Assembly (NCBI RefSeq): GCF_006345805.1
Contig: NC_043001.1
Coordinates: 72,912,001-72,976,000, forward strand
DNA length: 64,000 bases
Source of the DNA: Octopus sinensis
Taxonomy: Eukaryota
Direction of reading: 5' to 3'
Positions 11,596 to 24,811 of the stretch are shown here, piece after piece. Under the pieces are notes generated by a model. That model ran no database searches. It was not told the origin of the DNA and saw only the letters and a program-made list of their open reading frames with translations. Each line of letters starts with the position of its first letter. Position 1 is the first letter of the stretch. The position numbers were made by a program, and so were the translations under genes.

Positions 11596-13124
11596 CTCAT
11601 CAGTGCTGCTACTGATGTTGACAATAGTGGCATCAGAATGTAGTAGTAGTAGTAGTAGTAGTACCGTACTTTGAAAACAGCAACTAGGAAAACAAATTAG
11701 CTTTCCTAGTTGGTAAATTAATTTAGATTCGTTTAGTGGAGAAATGTATGATAAGATCTGAGGTATATGCAAAATATGTTTAACTCTTGAAGTCTAATGT
11801 GCTGACTAGTTCTGCTAATTCAAATAGGTAGAAATTTCTTTCCTTTTTCCAGTCAATTTAGAATATAAAAATGGAATTATATATACATCTCTATATAATA
11901 ATAACAGCTGATATGGTCATTAACTGGTTGATTGGTTTATTTAGTGATATTATATGTCGTTAATAGAGAGTGAGGAGGAAGTGAGAGGAAGACACACAAC
12001 CTCAGACTTTGCACAATGTACTGGATGTGTTGTTCATAATACCACCACTAGAGTGATCACTTCCTTGACATGACTAAAAGAACCTCACAATTTTGTGTCT
12101 AAATATACTCATACACATGCCTGTATGCACATACACACACCTGTTTGTGTTTTAAAGTAATCTAATAATTGTTTAATGTTTCTGGTATCCTTAATTGCTC
12201 TGCGTGGTATGTTTTGGAAATGTGTAAATGTTAGAGTACAACTGTTTTACTGATATATTTTGTTTTTACAGTTTTACTTGCATTGCCCAACTTCCCATCC
12301 TTACCACTGATATAATTCCACACTGTTGACATTTGCTGCTGTTTACCAATATCAGCCAATTCCCTTAACATTGTTCCTCCTACTTTGCATGCAATTTAGA
12401 ACTTGGTGTGACAAAAGTTAATGCCAGTTCTGACCTAACAGCCTTATTCTCTTCATTCCAGCAGCCATCAATCTCCACTTACAAAAATAAACTTTCAACC
12501 TCTCATATAGAATCCAAGGGTTAATAAGGCCTCTCTGCATGTGTCAAAGGGAGCATCAAATGACTCATGCTGTTTTGTTACGATTGAAGTAGCTGAGGGT
12601 GGAGTAAGCTTTTGTCCAAGAATATCAGCATATACTTTGACAAAAACTTCCCACTCTTCCTTCTCCCCTCTCTCATACACAGGCTCTGTCATAAGTCATG
12701 AAATAACTACCAAGTGGAATTGAATTGTCATAATTAAATTTGTTTTGATTGAGACATAGTATCTAGGACTGCATTATCTAAAGTGTCCTTCTTAAGACAG
12801 ACAGAGGGAGGGAGGAAGAAAGAGGTATTTGGCTTCTATTTCTTGCAGGCTGAGTGACCACATAGAGGCTCCTTCATTGGTTTGTTGTAGTGTATTTGCT
12901 TGGTAGTGTAGTGTTATTGTTTAGTCCTAGTCAGCTGTATCAAATAGACATGTTATCAAACATGTTCCAGCTGCAGCTATGCCATCTTGACTGCTGATAT
13001 ACGTCTCGATATTTCCCAGTCCCGGAACCCAAAATATTGCAAATATGCTTCAAAGTTGAAGGAGCTTATTTTGAGCATTTTATATGAATTAGGCAAACTT
13101 TAAAATTACAATATATAGGAAGTA

Positions 13125-13550
13125 GACAGCAAGCTAGCAGTATTGTTAGCATACTGGGAAAAATGCTTAACAGCATTTTCTCTGTCATTACATTCTGAGT
13201 TCAAATTCTGCCAAGGTTGACTTTACCTTTCATCCTTTCGGGGTTGATAAATTAAGTACCAGTTGCATACTGGGGTTGATCTAATCGACTGGCCCCTCAC
13301 CAAAAATTTTGGACCTTGTGCCTAGATTAGAAAAGAATATATAGTATAGGAAGTAGGTAGCAAACTAGCAGAATTGCCAGGCAAAATGCTTAACAGCTTT
13401 ACCTCTGTCTTTACATTCTGAGTTCAAATTTGCCTTTCATCCTTTTGGGGTCAATAAAATGAGTACCAGTTGTGCACAGGAACTGATGTAATCAACTTAC
13501 CCCCACCCCCCAAAAAATTACTGACCTGGTGCCAAAATTTGAAACCTATA
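13125..13550 (+). mobile_element. Two tandem SINE family B copies
   Basis: Two successive 'gcagaat...ctgagttcaaatt...catcctttcgggg' units separated by the repeated flank 'tataggaagt'. Confidence 0.8.
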
Positions 13551-14904
13551 TGTAGTATAGAAGTTTTCTACTCAGGTTTTTGTTAGTACTTGTTTATAAC
13601 ATAACAATATCTATCACTTTTCTTTTACCCACAACCTCATCTTTTCTTTCTGAAACATCAATCATTTCTGCATTTTTTTTTTTTTTTGATGAAGTTTTTC
13701 TTCTGGCAGCTCAAATATCATTTATATCAGCACCACCTAGGACTGTAATCCATCCTTATCAAAATTACAACTGATTAATAAAATTTCTTTACATTTTACA
13801 CTGTTTAATGTTCACTTTTCCATGCTTGTACAGGCCTGACAGAATTTGCTGAGGCAAATTTTCTGTGATTGAATGTCCTTTCTGTTGCCAACCCTCACCT
13901 ATTAACAAGTAAGATATTTCTCCAGGAAGACTGAAAATGAACAATACACCTCTCATTAATTAGAGGTCATTAAAATATCTTAAATTAGATTTTTGAAGTT
14001 ATTTTTCATTTATGATATTTCATTACTTGCTTAATTTTAGAATCTAATCTCAGTAAGAAACTTTTATTTTTTTTTTTTTACCTCTAAATATGCATACTGC
14101 ACTTTGTACTTTGAAGATACTTGAAGGTGTGTTGGAGACACCTTCATGGTATGAGTTAGCAATCTCAGAGTTCCTCATCCTCACTTGAATCAATTTTCTG
14201 GTAATCAATCAACCAAACAGCCAACCAACCACTACCAATCTCAAATCCTGATTACTTTTAAGAGAACAATTTGTTATTGGTCTGATTTCGAGGTGTGTAC
14301 TTGTTGTGAAGTTAAGTTAAATGGACTATAAAAATAAGCTGTTGTGTATATCATCATAGAAAAAGAGGATTAATTACTAATTAATATCTGCAACTCAATT
14401 CGTATTGATAAACAACAATTTATTCTAATCTGTTCTGAAGTTTTTGTTTGTTTGCTTTTCTTGATTGTTTGTTTTACTTTTTACAAGTATTCAAAAATAC
14501 ATTTGTCATCACCTATATCCCTTTCATTCTTTTTATTTTAATTTGCATTCTGTTGTCTTCATCTCATAGTAAGTCATCATCATCATCATTACTATCATTC
14601 TCATCATCATTGTCATCTTCATTGCTTTGTAATTTAGATTCCTTCCTCTTATTGGCCTGTTTTAACAGGATTATATTACTTACACTTTATCACAGTCTAA
14701 AATGTTTTTCAGTTTTAAGTGATAGCCCTTTATATGATTGATAGCTGATAGTGCTCTCTCTCTCTCTGTATGTGTCTTGTCCACATTCTTGCAGAGAGAA
14801 TAGTTTTAACCCTAGTAATTAGAGACAGTCTACTAGAATTAATAAAATTTCCCTGCCAAGAATGTAACTAGTGGGTCCAGTTTTCCAGATTTTAATGCTG
14901 ATGT

Positions 14905-15131
14905 AATAATAATAATCCTTTCTACTAAAGGCACAGGGCCTGAAATTTTGGGGGAAGGAATTGGTCGATTACATCAACCTCAGTGTTTCACTGGTACTTA
15001 ATTTATCAACTCCAAAAGGATGAAAGGCAAAGATGACCTCAGAGGAATTTGAACTTAGAATGTAAAGACGGATGAAATGCTACTAAACCTTTTGACCAGC
15101 ATGTTAACGATTCTGCCAGCTCACTGCCTTA
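14905..15131 (-). mobile_element. SINE family B
   Basis: Reverse complement of the family B consensus. Confidence 0.8.
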
Positions 15132-15445
15132 GTGGAAGTAACAATAATCTTTTCTACTATAAGATGAGACACATTGGACAATGTAGTCCTCAATATACAA
15201 AATATGGAATGCGTTTGATCATAAATTTGCTCAATCATGTCTAAGCAGCAAACAACAATACCATTGATTACCCCCACCCCCCATACTAGACTGGTACTTC
15301 ATTTTGTCAACCATAGACAGATGAAAAGTACCAGCTGAGTACTGGGGTCAATGTAATCAACCTATCCCCCCAACTTCCCCAAAATTTCAGGCCTTGTGCC
15401 TATCGTTGAAAGGATGATGATGATTATTATTATCATTATTATTAA

Positions 15446-15482
<37 letters not shown>

Positions 15483-15875
15483 CTGTAAATAACCATCAAC
15501 GTTGCTTGTTGTTGTTACTCTGACATTTTCCTCACTGTTGATTACCAATGTGAATGTCATTCATTACTCCTGACAATTAGAGATTGCTTCAACCTAATTA
15601 TCTCTTCACTAATTTCGCTTTCCTCTACCATTATGTCTTTTCTGTCTAAGTTCAAGGCTAAATACTACCCCCTCTCCCTTCTACATCTCTCTGTGTGTCT
15701 CTTTCTCTCTGTCTCTACCACTCTCTCTTTCAGATTAGTTTTCACCTTGAACTGTTTCTGTACAAAAGGAAAGTTTGTTTTTAATGATATTTTGCTTAAA
15801 ACTCTCTATACTTAACCAATATTCCTTGATAAAATCCACATTGCTTACCTTATGCTTCTTGCTAGAACCCCCATT

Positions 15876-15930
15876 CTTGTTAAAATCCCTATACTTGTTA
15901 AAATCCCTATACCTCTTAAAATCCCCTATA
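15876..15930. repeat. 18-bp tandem repeat x3
   Basis: CTTGTTAAAATCCCTATA units. Confidence 0.85.
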
Positions 15931-16337
15931 TTTGTAACCCCACTCTCCATGTTTTATATTTCTTGTTTCTGGATATTACATCATTCCACAACTTATATAA
16001 AAACCAATGGGAGCTCCTGTACACAGGCTCTCAAATCATATCCGCTTAAAAAAAAATTATACATTGGATAATATACTGCTAGATAAACCATGTGTGAATA
16101 AAAGATTTGATGATCTCACAGCTGGAATGTCTTTGATTAAAGCCTGCTGGATCAGGCCAGTCTGGGTTAAGCAATATCAATGACGGTCAACTATCTCCAT
16201 CTTAAATTATTAACTTTGTAAGTGATTTGCTTTTTGTTATACATTGTATAACACAACACCAGTCTGGACAAGAATCATCATGAATGCAGTCAACTTTATC
16301 ACTTAATCATAAAAGAATATGTTTGTATATTTATAGA

Positions 16338-16379
<42 letters not shown>

Positions 16380-16548
16380 AAGACAGTTGAACTGAGAATC
16401 TCTCTCTCCCTTGCTCTCTCTCTTTCTCTCTCTCTCTCTCACTCACTAAAAGTCAACTTTTTGGAGATACATTGAAATAGAGGACACTATGATACATCAT
16501 TGAAATACAGACTATTGATATGTCATTAAAATGAAGCATTAAGATATA

Positions 16549-16940
16549 TCATCATCATTTAGCATCCGCTTTCCATGCTAGCATGGGTTGGACAGTTCAA
16601 CTGGGGTCTGTAAAGCCAGAAAGCTGCATCAGGCCCAGTCTGATCTGGCAGTGTTTCTACGGCTGGATGCCCTTCCTAATGCCAACCACTCCGTGAGTGT
16701 AGTGGGTGCTTTTTACGTGCCACCGGCACGGGGGCCAAGCGAGGCTGGCAACAGCCATGAACGGATGGTGCGTTTACGTGCCACCAGCACGGGGGCCAAG
16801 CGAGGCTGGCAATGGCCATGAATGGATGGTGCTTTTGCGTGCCACCAGCACGGGGGCCAGGCGAGGCTGGCAACGGCCATGAACGGATGGTGCTTTTTAC
16901 GTGCCACCGGCACGGAGGCCAGTTGGGGCAGCGCTGGCGA
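16549..16940 (-). mobile_element. SINE (family C, (ATG)n tail) with an internal ~60-bp GC-rich tandem repeat
   Basis: 'catcatcatttagcatccgctttccatgctagcatgggttggac...ggctggatgcccttcctaatgccaacc', then about 3.5 copies of 'cgtgccaccggcacgggggccaagcgaggctggcaacagccatgaacggatggtgc' (16705-16920). Confidence 0.8.
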
Positions 16941-18800
16941 CGGCCACGATCAGATGGTTTGCTTACTTGTCACCACCACTGGTATCACAGCTGCAATTTC
17001 CATTGATGTTGATCGACTTCGATTTTGGTTCTGCTTTCTGATATCTGATTTGATAGGACTATGGGACATTTCATTTGCTGTAATAATCTCACCACCTTAA
17101 TAATAAATGTGGTTTCTGATTTTAGCACAAGATACGCAAATTTGAAGGGAGTTGGTTTACTTAATACCATCAACCCCAGTTTGTGATTGGTACTCTGTTT
17201 TTATTGATTTTGGAAGGCTAAAAGTCAAAGATAACCATATAAAGATTACCTTTCATCCCTAAAAATTAGCTTGCAGAAACCATTCCCAAACGAAACCATT
17301 GCATCCTGAAGTAGTCATGATCAGTGTAGTCAGACCCACGTTCTGTGCAGCACAGGATGAATTTATTAAGGGCTTTTACTAATGTTCTTCATATCTAATG
17401 TAAATTTTCCTTTTTTTTATGACTGTTCTTTTACTTCTCTTCTTGTCTCCCCCTCTCTCTGTCTTAGCCTCTCTTTCCCTCTCCCTCTCTTCTGTCTTAC
17501 CCTCTCTTTCCCCTCTCCCTTTCTTCACCACTGTATCTCCCTTGATGGTATTGTGTTGCATGAAATTCAGACTTTAACAGCAATAAATAAGTTTGGTTTT
17601 ATTTATTTATTTTTCCTTATTTCTTTGAGTTTTATTAACAGTGTATGAATAGAACAAAACAGTTGAAATTTCCTGCTTATTATGAATGCTTTACTGTTAA
17701 TGTTTATGGAGAGACTATTCTGAAGTATAAGCATGTGTGATGATAACTCCAGATTGATGCTGGAGCAGGAGGGAGTGGTGAAATATTTATGATCCAACAT
17801 TAATCCCCTAATTCCCCCTCCCTTCCATGTTTACACATTAATATCGAACTCTCTGGTGCCACAGTGTCAACATTCTACAGAACAAGAAACATATTTCTAT
17901 TTAGATGAGGAAATGGGAAGCTTTTATTTAGAAATTTTGCTATCAACCATATTCTTCAGTTTTAGTGGCCATTTGATTCATCATTTACAGGAAGTGTGTA
18001 TATGTATGTATATTCTTGTGTTTGGGTGTGTGTCTATAATAATAACCTTTCTGTTATAGGCACAGGGCCTGGAATATGTTTTGGTGATGGGAGGGTACTA
18101 GTCAATTACATCAGCTCCAGTGTTTCACTGATACTTAATTTATCGACCCCCAAATGGATGAAAGGCAAAGTCAACTTTGGTGGAATTTGAACTCAGTATA
18201 TAGCAGTAGACAAAATACCACTAAAACAGCTGATATAAATATTGGTCAGTGGATCTCTTCAGTCATACTTTACATTGTATTCAAAGAGGGGAAGAGGGAG
18301 TAAAAGAGAGATACAGACAGGACGGGTGTGCATACTAGGCTCGATAGCAGACAATGAGTAAAGGAATGGCATGCGTGTGTGTGCGTGCACACACACACAC
18401 ACAAACATACATACATACATACATTCATACATAAATACATGCCCTCTTGCATACATGTAATTGAAAAACTGGTTAGAATTGGCAACAGGTAGAGCAACTG
18501 TCTAAAAATCCTGCCTCAAATAAATACCTATCTAGCTCTTGCTAGCATAGAAAAACAAACATTCAATGAACAGATAACAGATACACCCGCATACACATAT
18601 GTATATAGGTTACAGGTGTGGCTGTGTGGTAAGAAGCTTGCCTCCCAACCATATGGTTCTGTGTTCAATACCACTGTGTTGCACCTTGGGCAAGTGTCTT
18701 CTACTATAAACTTGGGCCAACCATAGCCTTGTGAGTGGATTTGGTAGACAGAAACTGAAAAAAGCTCATCGTTTATTTATATATATATATATATATATAT

Positions 18801-19468
18801 AAAAGTAGATAACTGGTACAACAAGGCACCAATATTTACTGGAAAATAGCAATCGTAATAAATACGACGCTATTGTATCACTTCACTGTGTATATACTAG
18901 CAAAGACGCGTGTGTGCAACAAACATGAAAAAAATTTGTCTTACCTCTAGGAAGAACATCTGATAAATGGACAACCTAGAATCAGATAATGCAGGACCGG
19001 TTTCTGACTCTTCAAATATGTTTGACAACGTAAATTTGATTAGTCTTCATCAGCTGCATTTACCTAGACAAAATTTCAAATGTTGCCACATCAATACCAG
19101 TATACTTGTCTGAACGCCAAAACGTTAACAGAACGAAAACAGTGAAGAAGTTTCAATGAAATTAATAATGCAATACAAATGTATTACTTTCCAGTAAAGG
19201 ATAGCCCCATAAGGGTAAAATTATACGTATAAAAGTAGATAAATGGTACAATAAGGCACCAATATTTACTAGAAAATAGCAATCATAATAAATACGACGC
19301 TATTGTATAGCTTCACTACGTATATACAAGCAAAGACGTGTGTGTGCAACAAACATGAAAAAAATTTGTCTTACCTCTAGGAAGAACATCTGATAAATGG
19401 ACAACCTAGAATTGGATAATGCAGGACCGGTTTCTTTTACTGGAAAGTAATACATTCGTATTGCATTA
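18801..19468 (-). mobile_element. Hammerhead-bearing non-coding element: 430-bp-period direct repeat plus short inverted head, in (TA)n (Penelope pLTR/retrozyme-like)
   Basis: 18801-19004 resembles 19231-19434; 19435-19468 is the inverse of 19166-19199; hammerhead at 18988-19060; (TA)n on both flanks. Confidence 0.8.
18988..19060 (-). ncRNA. Minimal type I hammerhead ribozyme motif
   Basis: Minus strand reads AATGCAG-CTGATGA-a-GACT.TCAAAT...ATTTGA.AGTC-a-GAAA-CCGG-TC-CTGCATT: perfect 7-bp stem I, palindromic ACCGGT stem III, GUC cleavage between 18995 and 18994. Confidence 0.88.
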
Positions 19469-19723
19469 TATATATATATATATATATAGAAAGAGAGAGA
19501 GAAAGAGCAAGGGTGTGAGAGGTATTGGTACCGAGAAGACCCAAAGAGTGGCAGGTAACACCAAGTAAGTGCTATGGACACACCATAGTTAAACTTTTAG
19601 TTCAATAGTGGTACGAGTGAGGAGTCTAATGTGAGTCTTGTATTAGCATGCATATATATATATATATATATATGTGCATGCTGTGAGTAGTTTTCAGGAC
19701 ATTTTTAAGGAAAAAGATATATA

Positions 19724-19771
19724 GTCTTACAGCTGTTTCTGGGATATTATGGATATCTCTTCATCAGAGAC
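19724..19771 (-). ncRNA. Minimal type I hammerhead ribozyme motif
   Basis: Minus strand reads GTCT-CTGATGA-a-GAGATAT ccata ATATCCC-a-GAAA-CAGCTG-TA-AGAC; palindromic stem III ACAGCTGT, GUA triplet, 4-bp stem I. Confidence 0.72.
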
Positions 19772-20324
19772 GATGTGAGATGGTTAAATAGAGGTAAGTA
19801 TTTGAGTTTGAAATTAGGAATTATTATGGAAAAGGAGGAGATAGCAAATATAGAGGTGAAAGGAGAATGACAGTAGAAATAAAATATATAAAGATTGTAG
19901 TTGCAGTTCCATTATTCGAAGAAAGTGGTAAAAAAGTTTCCTGTACATGATATGTAAGTTCCAATAGTAGTTTGTTTAGTCATTTCAAAGTATGGAGCCA
20001 TGGATTCTGTGTTACTCATTCGAAAGGATCTTCACACCATAAGACCCTTTCGAATGAACAACCCAGAATCCACAGCTCCATACTTTGAAACGACCAAACA
20101 TGAACTACTACTGGTACTAACATACCATGTACGGGAAACTTTTTTATCACTTCTGTACACCACTTTCTTCAAATAATGGAACTGAAACTACAATATCTCT
20201 ATATATTTTATATTTCATTTCTACTTTCATTCTTATTTCCCTCTATATTCCCTATCTCCTCCTTTTCCATAATAATTCCTTATTTCGAACTCAAATATTT
20301 ACCTCTATTTAACCATCTCACATC

Positions 20325-20372
20325 GTCTTTGATGAAGCGATATCCATAATATTCCAGAAACAGCTGTAAGAC
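20325..20372 (+). ncRNA. Degenerate hammerhead motif (core C3->U), inverted partner of 19724-19771
   Basis: GTCT-TTGATGA-agcgatatccataatattcca-GAAA-CAGCTG-TA-AGAC. Confidence 0.55.
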
Positions 20373-21497
20373 TGTATCTATATCTTTTTCCTTATAAATG
20401 TCCTGTAAACTACTCACAGCTTTGGCTTTATCTCATTTTGTCTAATATATGTGTGCGTGTGTGTGTAAAATGTTATATAGTAACGGAACAGTTGTGGTAG
20501 TGGGTGGAGAGGCAGGCCAATATACTGATATATAATGATACAGTTAGGAAGGGTGTGTGTGTCTGCATCTGTGCACGCATGCACACACACACACACAATA
20601 ACAGAAATGGCAATGACAGAGAGGAGGAAACAGAAGAGAGCATAGGATTGGTATAGATGTTTAAATATGTTTTTCTAGACATTTTGACATTTTCTATAAA
20701 CAGCAGTCATATCAATATCTTCTGGATTTTGTTTGTGTATGTATATATATATACCTGTGTGTATGAGTGTGTCTCTGTATTTGTGTGCATCCATATATAT
20801 GCATGTTTGCATATTTGTGTGTGTGCACGTGCCTAAGTATGTATGGATGTTTGCATATATGTATTTGTGCACATGTATGTGTATGGGTAAGCATGTGCAG
20901 GTATGACCATATGGTTGAGAAGTTGGTCTTGCAACCATGTAGCTTCAGGTTCAGCCCTACTGCATGGCGCTTTAGTCTCCTACTATAGCCCCAGGCATTT
21001 CAATGCCTTGTGAATGGATTTGGTTGATGCAAACTGAAAGAAGCCCATCACATGTATGTAGACACACTTACACACACTGAAATCGATGTGATTCATTTGT
21101 GCATGGAAAAGTGGACATTAAAATGATGATGATGTTGTGTGTGTGTGTGTATAAAAGCACCTAACACACTGTAAAGTGGATGACATTAGGAAGGGCATCC
21201 AGCTGTAGAAACCATACCAAATCAGTCTGGTGTAGCTCCCTAGCTTGTCAGCTCTGGTCACACTGTCCAACCCATGGACAACAGACATTAAATGATGATG
21301 ATATATATTTATGAAGTTTGCTTCTCAACCATAAGATATTGCCATGGCATGGCACGCTGGGCAAGTGCATTCTGTTATAGTTTCAGATCAATCAAAACTG
21401 AAAGAAGCCCATCATATACATGTGCATGTGTATCTGTGACCTGTGCGTGGCCATGAGAAAATATGATCTTACTTGGAAACAGCTTAGGATTGTTGAT

Positions 21498-21605
21498 AGG
21501 AAGTGCATCCACCATAGAAAATACCCACTCGTCAGGAAGTGCATCCACCATAGAAAATACCCACTCGTCAGGAAGTGCATCCACCATAGAAAATACCCAC
21601 TCGTC
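21498..21605. repeat. Perfect 36-bp tandem repeat x3 inside a SINE
   Basis: AGGAAGTGCATCCACCATAGAAAATACCCACTCGTC x3. Confidence 0.95.
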
Positions 21606-21942
21606 TGACCCATGCAAGCATGAAAAAGTGGTCCCCGTTAAACAATGATGATAAGGATATAAACATTGTATATAATAGTTTCCACTTTAGTGAAACACTT
21701 ATTTACAGTAAAGTGTGACACTGTCACAACATCTGGTCTTTGTCTGCCAAAAACAACACAATTTGTCCTGATAAAGAAATTACATAATTAACAGCTCTCC
21801 ATATATTGTTAATTAATGTTTCATGTGATGATTGTCTTTTGTTGTTATTGCTGGACAGGACAGCATATTTCGTCTTTCCTATGTAGGTGTGTGCGCACGC
21901 GCGCGGTATGCATGCATACAAATATATGTGTGTATGTATGTA

Positions 21943-21995
<53 letters not shown>

Positions 21996-24312
21996 TCACA
22001 CAAACACTTTTTATTCAGTCTCTATGGCAACATGACTGATAATATTGTTCTCTGCTCTGTAATGGTGAGGGCAGGGTGGATGTTTAATAGATAACATTTA
22101 TGCTGTTATACTCTGTGACCCAAGCACATTTTCCTGACATCAATACAGTGTTTGATGTATCTGTCGTTTTTGTTGCTTGTAGCACCTCCACTCCATCCAG
22201 ACAACTCTGATCAAGCAGACTAGCCTGAAATCAAAATACATTCCACACATGACCACCCTGTCTAGTTTCTTTTTTCGTTTTTGTTTTACTTTTTCATCTA
22301 CCGTGTATATCCTCCTCTATGGTGTGATTTGAGGAAAATCTAGCTATTTTTAGAAAGTCATGCAACTACATGAAGGCATATTCCTTTGAACCATTTTTTA
22401 TATAACGTTTTAGAAAGACCTGGAACTGTGGCTTGCTTTAAGAGCTTCTTGAATTTGGGGTGCATGAGAATATTTGTGGGATTGGTGTTAAGTTAAACAA
22501 CAGCATATCCATGTTCTTTTGCCATAAATCACCACATATATACAGTGTATTCATCTCTCAGCTCCTGTGTACTCTGACTTTGACCTGTAATTTTGTGCAT
22601 GAGCTATACTCAGCTTAATCAGTTCCTTTCCTTATAACTACTCTATTGTTGGCATACACATATACAGGGACACTCTCACACTCATAGATGTTTGTGTGCA
22701 TGTATGTTTTGTACAATCTGCCTTTTGTATTGTTGTCTTCAACAAAGTGAGTGTTCTTCTAAACTTCTCATTGGTTAATCCTGATGGGGGAAAGGACTCT
22801 GATCAGAAATATTCCAACCGTAATTGCTTTTTCCTTTTTTTTTTTTTTTTTTTTTTCAAGCATATCTCAAGAACTACATTGTCCATTCTTCCAATTTGTC
22901 TGAGATATCTATGATTTGATGAAGGTTTGGCTGCTTTTTCTAGCAGATCATGTGACCACAGTTTTACTCATTGTTGTCTACCTAGTTCACTACACTATTG
23001 TATGCTTCACCCTCATCACCAGCTAAGACAGCCAAATAATATTTATTTAGTGCACCTATTGAATGGTAATACAGTATCCTTACAGTTCTGATATTGCGAG
23101 GTCTTCCTACAATAATGAAATTGCTTCTTTCTGGCTGTTATTATATTGACTCCTGGAGGCCAGTGTCATGAAGTGCCATTTTATTCAACAGTATGTTCAG
23201 TTCCAATCTCTTATAAATATCTAGCAGTTCTTTCTTGCACAGATTCTGTAATGAAAAAAAACATCTGTTTGCAGAGATAAGGCTATAGAAATGGCAATGC
23301 CTGATTCTTATGAGAAAATTTAAAGATGTTTATGGAATCATTATCCACTGACATATTCAGACTGGTGTCTTCATCTTGGTTGCTATAGTCACACCATTTC
23401 AGCCATTGTATACTCCAGCTATTTTCAGAGGAGCTTGTGGCCAAGAACTGTGCAGTTATGACTGAGAATGCAAAGGTTAAACCAGTTACCCTACTAAAAA
23501 TAAGTTTAAAGAAAATAATAATAATAAAAAACAATTAGTGGAGTGAGATGGGGAACAAAAAATATCAGGCATGGCTGAACATATGTAGAGGTACAAGAGA
23601 AGGCAACAAGCCTTGTGGAATATAGTCAAGACAGATGTTAGGAAAGAGGAAGATGGTGATGATAGTTAGATAAGGAACAACACTGAAAGATATGACTACT
23701 GAGAGTGCATTTTATGTATTGGACTTTAATAACATTTTTAGTAAGCCCAGTATGTGATGAACATCACATGGACGTGCTTAGTTATCAAAGAAAGAATATT
23801 AAAGCTACAGCCATAAATCATAACTTCTGTTTCTTAATTGTTCTATAGGACAACAGGATAAGGAATATAAGGGTTGATTAACGGTTTAGTTTAGCTAGTG
23901 AATATAAGTTCAGTCACAGATCAATCAAATATATGTGCGTGTGTGTGTGTGTGTGCTTGCCAAGACTGCGAGATAGCATTATTTAAAAGCTGAAACAATG
24001 CGAAGCATAGTTTTGAATAATAACAATCACCAATTACCTCCCCTTAGATTTTTTTCTACTTGCTGATTCATTTACAAACTCTCCTATAAGCAACATGGAC
24101 TAAAAACCTCTTTCAAAAAATACGAAATTGCAATTTTCCTTCAATTTACTGTCTTATGATAGTGAAACACGAAACCAGTCAACTCATAATATTCTGTCTT
24201 TTAAGATATATTAAAAATATATAAATTGGGTGTATTTTCCTACTTTTATTATATACTTTTTCACTACAACTCACCATATGGGGAAGATCTCTTTTAAGAA
24301 ATTCCATTTTAC

Positions 24313-24333
<21 letters not shown>

Positions 24334-24343
<10 letters not shown>

Positions 24344-24490
24344 AAGTTAAATAAGGCCGGTTTTTGAGATTACCTTAGGTTTCACATCCATAAAGGATTT
24401 AGCTTTATGGCGTATTATCTGATGATAAACCCTTATGGACGTGAAACTTAAGGTAATCCCATAAACTGGCCTTATCTAACTTTAATATAT
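24334..24490. repeat. ~65-bp-arm inverted repeat between (TA)n tracts with hammerhead-like boxes
   Basis: 24334-24401 is the inverse of 24426-24490; CTGATGA(24419-24425)...GAAAC(24443-24447)...GTA. Confidence 0.7.
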
Positions 24491-24739
24491 ACTGCTTTAT
24501 TACTTAGAGTGTGCTTCTTTCTTTCAGATTCATGTTTTTACAGATGATATATAATATATATATATATATATATAAATTAGAGAAAAAACACTATTATGCA
24601 ATTCAAACAATGATATACATAAACCAAATCATAAATAAAAAATAAAATAGATTTTTTAAAACATATAACTAGATCACAAAAAGGACAAAAATGAATAATC
24701 AATATATATATATATATATATATACATACACACACACAT

Positions 24740-24811
<72 letters not shown>

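Larger units (their letters stand above)
19680..20420. repeat. ~740-bp imperfect palindrome (arms ~350-380 bp, 8-nt spacer 20033-20040) with a hammerhead motif in each arm
   Basis: GCTGTGAGTAGTTT.. at 19680 pairs with ..AAACTACTCACAGC at 20420; centre CGAAAGGATCTT-cacaccat-AAGACCCTTTCG. Confidence 0.9.

Noticed and set aside
21498-21605. 36-bp repeat x3, CRISPR-like length
   Set aside because: No spacers, lies inside a SINE, eukaryotic context and no cas genes.
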